DNA from: a virus
Lineage: Duplodnaviria; Heunggongvirae; Uroviricota; Caudoviricetes
DNA: 9,662 nucleotides
Reading direction: 5' to 3' (one strand)
Virus record (IMG/VR): IMGVR_UViG_2826321507_000003
A program made the position numbers and the translations under genes. Below the pieces are notes generated by a model. That model did not search any database. It saw nothing but the letters and a program-made list of their open reading frames with translations, and was not told the origin of the DNA. Numbering within the stretch: the first letter of the stretch is position 1; each line of letters begins with the position of its first letter. Shown here piece after piece: positions 7,264 to 9,662 of this stretch.

Positions 7264-8292
7264 ATGGGATTGTTTACGACCCGCCAGTTACTCGGTTATA
7301 CCGAACAAAAAGTTAAATTCCGTGCGCTGTTTCTGGAGCTGTTTTTCCGCCGTACGGTGAATTTCCACACCGAAGAGGTGATGCTGGACAAAATTACCGG
7401 AAAAACGCCGGTGGCGGCCTATGTCTCCCCGATCGTTGAAGGAAAAGTGCTTCGCCATCGCGGTGGTGAAACCCGCGTGTTACGTCCGGGCTACGTCAAG
7501 CCCAAACACGAATTTAATTACCAGCAGGCGGTTGAGCGCCTTCCTGGTGAAGATCCGGCTCAGCTGAACGACCCGGCCTACCGTCGTCTGCGTATCATTA
7601 CCGATAACCTCAAACAGGAAGAGCACGCCATTGTCCAGGTGGAAGAAATGCAGGCGGTGAATGCCGTGCTGTATGGCAAATACACCATGGAAGGGGATCA
7701 GTTTGATACTGTCGAGGTGGATTTCGGGCGCTCTGAAGGAAATAACATTGAGCTGGCTGACGGTAAAAAATGGTCTGAGCAGGACCGTGATACGTTTGAT
7801 CCGACGCATGATATTGACCTCTACTGCGATCAGGCCAGCGGCCTTGTGAATATCGCCATTATGGACGGTACGGTCTGGCGTCTGCTGAATGGCTTTAAGC
7901 TGTTCCGCGAAAAACTGGATACCCGTCGCGGCTCAAATTCACAACTCGAAACGGCAGTGAAAGACCTGGGGGCGGTGGTGTCCTTCAAGGGGTATTACGG
8001 CGATCTGGCCATTGTGGTGGCGAAAACGTCTTATGTGGCAGAGGACGGTACCGAAAAACGTTATCTGCCGGAGGGCACACTGGTCCTGGGGAATACGGCA
8101 GCAGAGGGCATTCGTTGCTATGGTGCCATTCAGGATGCGCAGGCGTTGTCCGAAGGTGTGGTGGCCTCTTCCCGTTATCCGAAACACTGGCTGACTGTGG
8201 GCGATCCGGCCCGTGAATTCACCATGACGCAGTCCGCACCGCTGATGGTGCTGCCGGATCCGGATGAGTTTGTGGTGGTACAGGTGAAATAA
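7264..8292 (+). CDS. E: Major capsid protein (gpE-like, HK97-fold), 342 aa
   Basis: Collinear with lambda gpE (341 aa). Shared motifs include YVSPIV.G.V.R.RGG, PGYVKPKHE, DPAYRR.RII, VEEMQAV.AVL.GKYTM, KLDTRRGSNS.LETAVKDLG, VLGNT, RYPK.W and GDPAREFTM.QSAPLM.L.DPDEFV.VQ. AAGGA lies 9 nt upstream of the ATG. Confidence 0.95.
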   Translation: MGLFTTRQLLGYTEQKVKFRALFLELFFRRTVNFHTEEVMLDKITGKTPVAAYVSPIVEGKVLRHRGGETRVLRPGYVKPKHEFNYQQAVERLPGEDPAQLNDPAYRRLRIITDNLKQEEHAIVQVEEMQAVNAVLYGKYTMEGDQFDTVEVDFGRSEGNNIELADGKKWSEQDRDTFDPTHDIDLYCDQASGLVNIAIMDGTVWRLLNGFKLFREKLDTRRGSNSQLETAVKDLGAVVSFKGYYGDLAIVVAKTSYVAEDGTEKRYLPEGTLVLGNTAAEGIRCYGAIQDAQALSEGVVASSRYPKHWLTVGDPAREFTMTQSAPLMVLPDPDEFVVVQVK

Positions 8293-8300
8293 TCCGTGAG

Positions 8301-8330
8301 CGGGGGCGAAATGCCCCCGTGTCTTTTTTC
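8301..8330 (+). terminator. Intrinsic-terminator-like hairpin after E (7-bp GC stem CGGGGGC/GCCCCCG, 5-nt loop GAAAT, followed by TGTCTTTTTTC)
   Basis: Perfect GC-rich inverted repeat at 8301-8307 and 8313-8319, followed by a run of 6 T. It sits between the E stop (8292) and the FI ribosome-binding site (AGGAGG, 8333-8338). Confidence 0.6.
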
Positions 8331-8343
8331 ACAGGAGGCTGAG

Positions 8344-8727
8344 ATGGCAACAAAAGAAGAAAATCTGAATCGTCTTCGTCAACTGGCTGGCCTGCTGGGG
8401 CGCGAGGCGGATATGTCGGGGAGTGCTGCGGATATTGCTCAACGTGTGTCTGAGTGGGAAGAGGAGCTTGCTGTTTCCCCGGAGGGCATTATGCACTCTG
8501 ATGAGAGCGGGGCTGATCAAAATCACACAGACGATGGTGAGCAGTTGAACAACACGGATGCTACGGATGATGTTAAAGCGGTCCGTGTGCGGAAATGCCT
8601 GCATGTGATGGGGTATTGCCCGGAGACAGGCCGTCCCGTTGAACTGACGTACCGGGGCATGCGTGTTATGGTGCCATCACCACTGGCGACAGCCATGATA
8701 CAGCACGGAACGGCTGAGCATGCGTGA
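8344..8727 (+). CDS. FI: DNA-packaging accessory protein (gpFI-like), about 127 aa
   Basis: Position between E and FII. ATG at 8344 with AGGAGG 5 nt upstream. The N-terminal helical segment (NLNRLRQLAGLLGRE...AADIAQRVSEWEEEL) resembles the lambda FI N-terminus, followed by an acidic linker and a C-terminal domain. The ORF-track start at 8296 is a GTG inside the terminator hairpin and is rejected. Confidence 0.75.
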   Translation: MATKEENLNRLRQLAGLLGREADMSGSAADIAQRVSEWEEELAVSPEGIMHSDESGADQNHTDDGEQLNNTDATDDVKAVRVRKCLHVMGYCPETGRPVELTYRGMRVMVPSPLATAMIQHGTAEHA

Positions 8728-9073
8728 TTTTCAGAATGCCTTTGATGCTGCCCTTGCCGGGGTGGACAGCACGATTGTTGAAGTGATGGGGCTCTGTGCG
8801 CAGTTCACCTCGGGAGCACAGCGTGGAAGCGAAGTTCAGGGGGTTTTTGACGATCCGGAGTCGCTGGGTTTTGCCGGTGGCGGGGGCCGTATTGAAGGAA
8901 GCAGCCCGTCATTATTTGTGCGGACGGATACGGTGCGTGCCGTGCGGCGTGGTGACACGCTGACCATTAACGGCGAGATGTTCTGGGTGGATCGTATTTC
9001 TCCGGATGACGGGGGCAGCTGTTATCTCTGGCTCAACCGTGGTCAACCACCCGCAGTTAACCGGCGACGATAA
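8720..9073 (+). CDS. FII: Head-tail joining protein (gpFII-like), 117 aa
   Basis: Same length as lambda FII. Shared motifs: FDAA, GVFDDPE, GSSPSLFVRTD.VR..RRGDTLTI, FWVDR.SPDDGGSC.LWL.RG.PPAVNRRR. Overlaps the FI stop by 8 nt. Confidence 0.92.
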   Translation: MRDFQNAFDAALAGVDSTIVEVMGLCAQFTSGAQRGSEVQGVFDDPESLGFAGGGGRIEGSSPSLFVRTDTVRAVRRGDTLTINGEMFWVDRISPDDGGSCYLWLNRGQPPAVNRRR

Positions 9074-9088
9074 ACGCAGGGTGAAATT

Positions 9089-9622
9089 ATGGCGATAAAA
9101 GGGCTTGATCAGGCGATTGACAATCTGAGCCGGGTTCGTAAAAACGCCATTCCGGCGGCTTCAGCAATGGCCATTAACCGCGTGGCCACAACGGCGATTA
9201 ATCAGTCTTCATCACAGGTTGCCCGGGAGACAAAGGTTCGCCGGAAACTGGTTAAGGAACGGTCCAGACTGAAACGGGCGACGGTCAGAAATCCGAATGC
9301 CAGAATTATCGTTAACCGCGGTGATCTCCCTGTGATTAAGCTGGGGATCAGGATGCTGGGGCGTCGCCCGAACAGCATACTTAAAGCCGGTCAGCATCGG
9401 TATCAGCGGGCATTTATTCAGCGATTAAAAAATGGTCGCTGGCATGTCATGCAGCGTGTGGCCGGGAAAAACCGTTACCCCATTGATGTGGTGAAAATCC
9501 CGATGGCGGCCCCACTGAAACAGGCATTTGATGAGAATGTTGACCGTATCCGGCGTGAACGCCTGCCTAAAGAACTGGCATACGCGCTGAAACAACAACT
9601 GAGGATTGCAATAAAACGATGA
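9089..9622 (+). CDS. Z: Tail completion protein (gpZ-like), 177 aa
   Basis: The N-terminus MAIKGLDQAIDNLSRV...AMAINRVA...SQVARETKVRRKLVKER.RLKRATV.NP.ARI.VNRGDLPVIKLG and the C-terminus AFIQ.LKNGRWHVMQRVAGKNRYPIDVVKIPMA.PL...RIRRERLPKEL.YAL..QLR..IKR match lambda Z as recalled. Confidence 0.9.
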   Translation: MAIKGLDQAIDNLSRVRKNAIPAASAMAINRVATTAINQSSSQVARETKVRRKLVKERSRLKRATVRNPNARIIVNRGDLPVIKLGIRMLGRRPNSILKAGQHRYQRAFIQRLKNGRWHVMQRVAGKNRYPIDVVKIPMAAPLKQAFDENVDRIRRERLPKELAYALKQQLRIAIKR

Positions 9623-9662
9623 AACACACTGACATTCGTGCCGCAGTGCTGGATGCACTCGA
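9619..9662 (+). CDS. U: Tail terminator protein (gpU-like), 5' end only, truncated by window edge
   Basis: ATG at 9619 overlaps the Z stop (ATGA). The translation MKHTDIRAAVLDAL matches the lambda U N-terminus (MKHTELRAAVLDAL). Confidence 0.8.
   Translation, partial: MKHTDIRAAVLDAL

Noticed and set aside
8296-8343. GTG-initiated upstream extension of the FI ORF
   Set aside because: The extension is encoded by the terminator hairpin and T-tract itself, and the AGGAGG ribosome-binding site sits just before the ATG at 8344.
1-9662. Search for CRISPR arrays, tRNA/rRNA genes, integrase/att sites, IS elements, or defence-system genes
   Set aside because: No direct-repeat/spacer arrays, no tRNA-like cloverleaf candidates, and no ORFs resembling recombinases, transposases, nucleases of defence systems or toxins were seen in the resolved sequence. 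All large ORFs are accounted for by lambda-like lysis, packaging and head genes.

Overview
This window is the packaging and head-morphogenesis end of a lambda-like (lambdoid) phage or prophage, most likely from an enterobacterial host. All identifications rest on reading the sequence and on my recollection of phage lambda proteins and cos DNA; no database search was run. Reading left to right on the + strand: the 3' part of the spanin gene Rz with Rz1 embedded in the +1 frame; a short accessory stretch holding a 15-N unresolved gap and a minus-strand small ribbon-helix-helix gene; a cos site (cosQ-like flank, a cosN 12-mer matching lambda, and a cosB-like array of three repeats); then the canonical lambda order nu1 - A - W - B - C (with nested nu3-like scaffold) - D - E - FI - FII - Z - U (5' end only). 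Genes are tightly packed with overlapping start/stop codons typical of a translationally coupled late operon. The structural module looks ordinary. I found no evidence of a novel defence or other undescribed system in the resolved sequence; the only place one could hide is the gap and small-gene region between Rz and cos (397-712). The most notable observations are the divergent cosB repeats next to a lambda-identical cosN, and a threefold repeat of the scaffold motif in the C/nu3 C-terminus.
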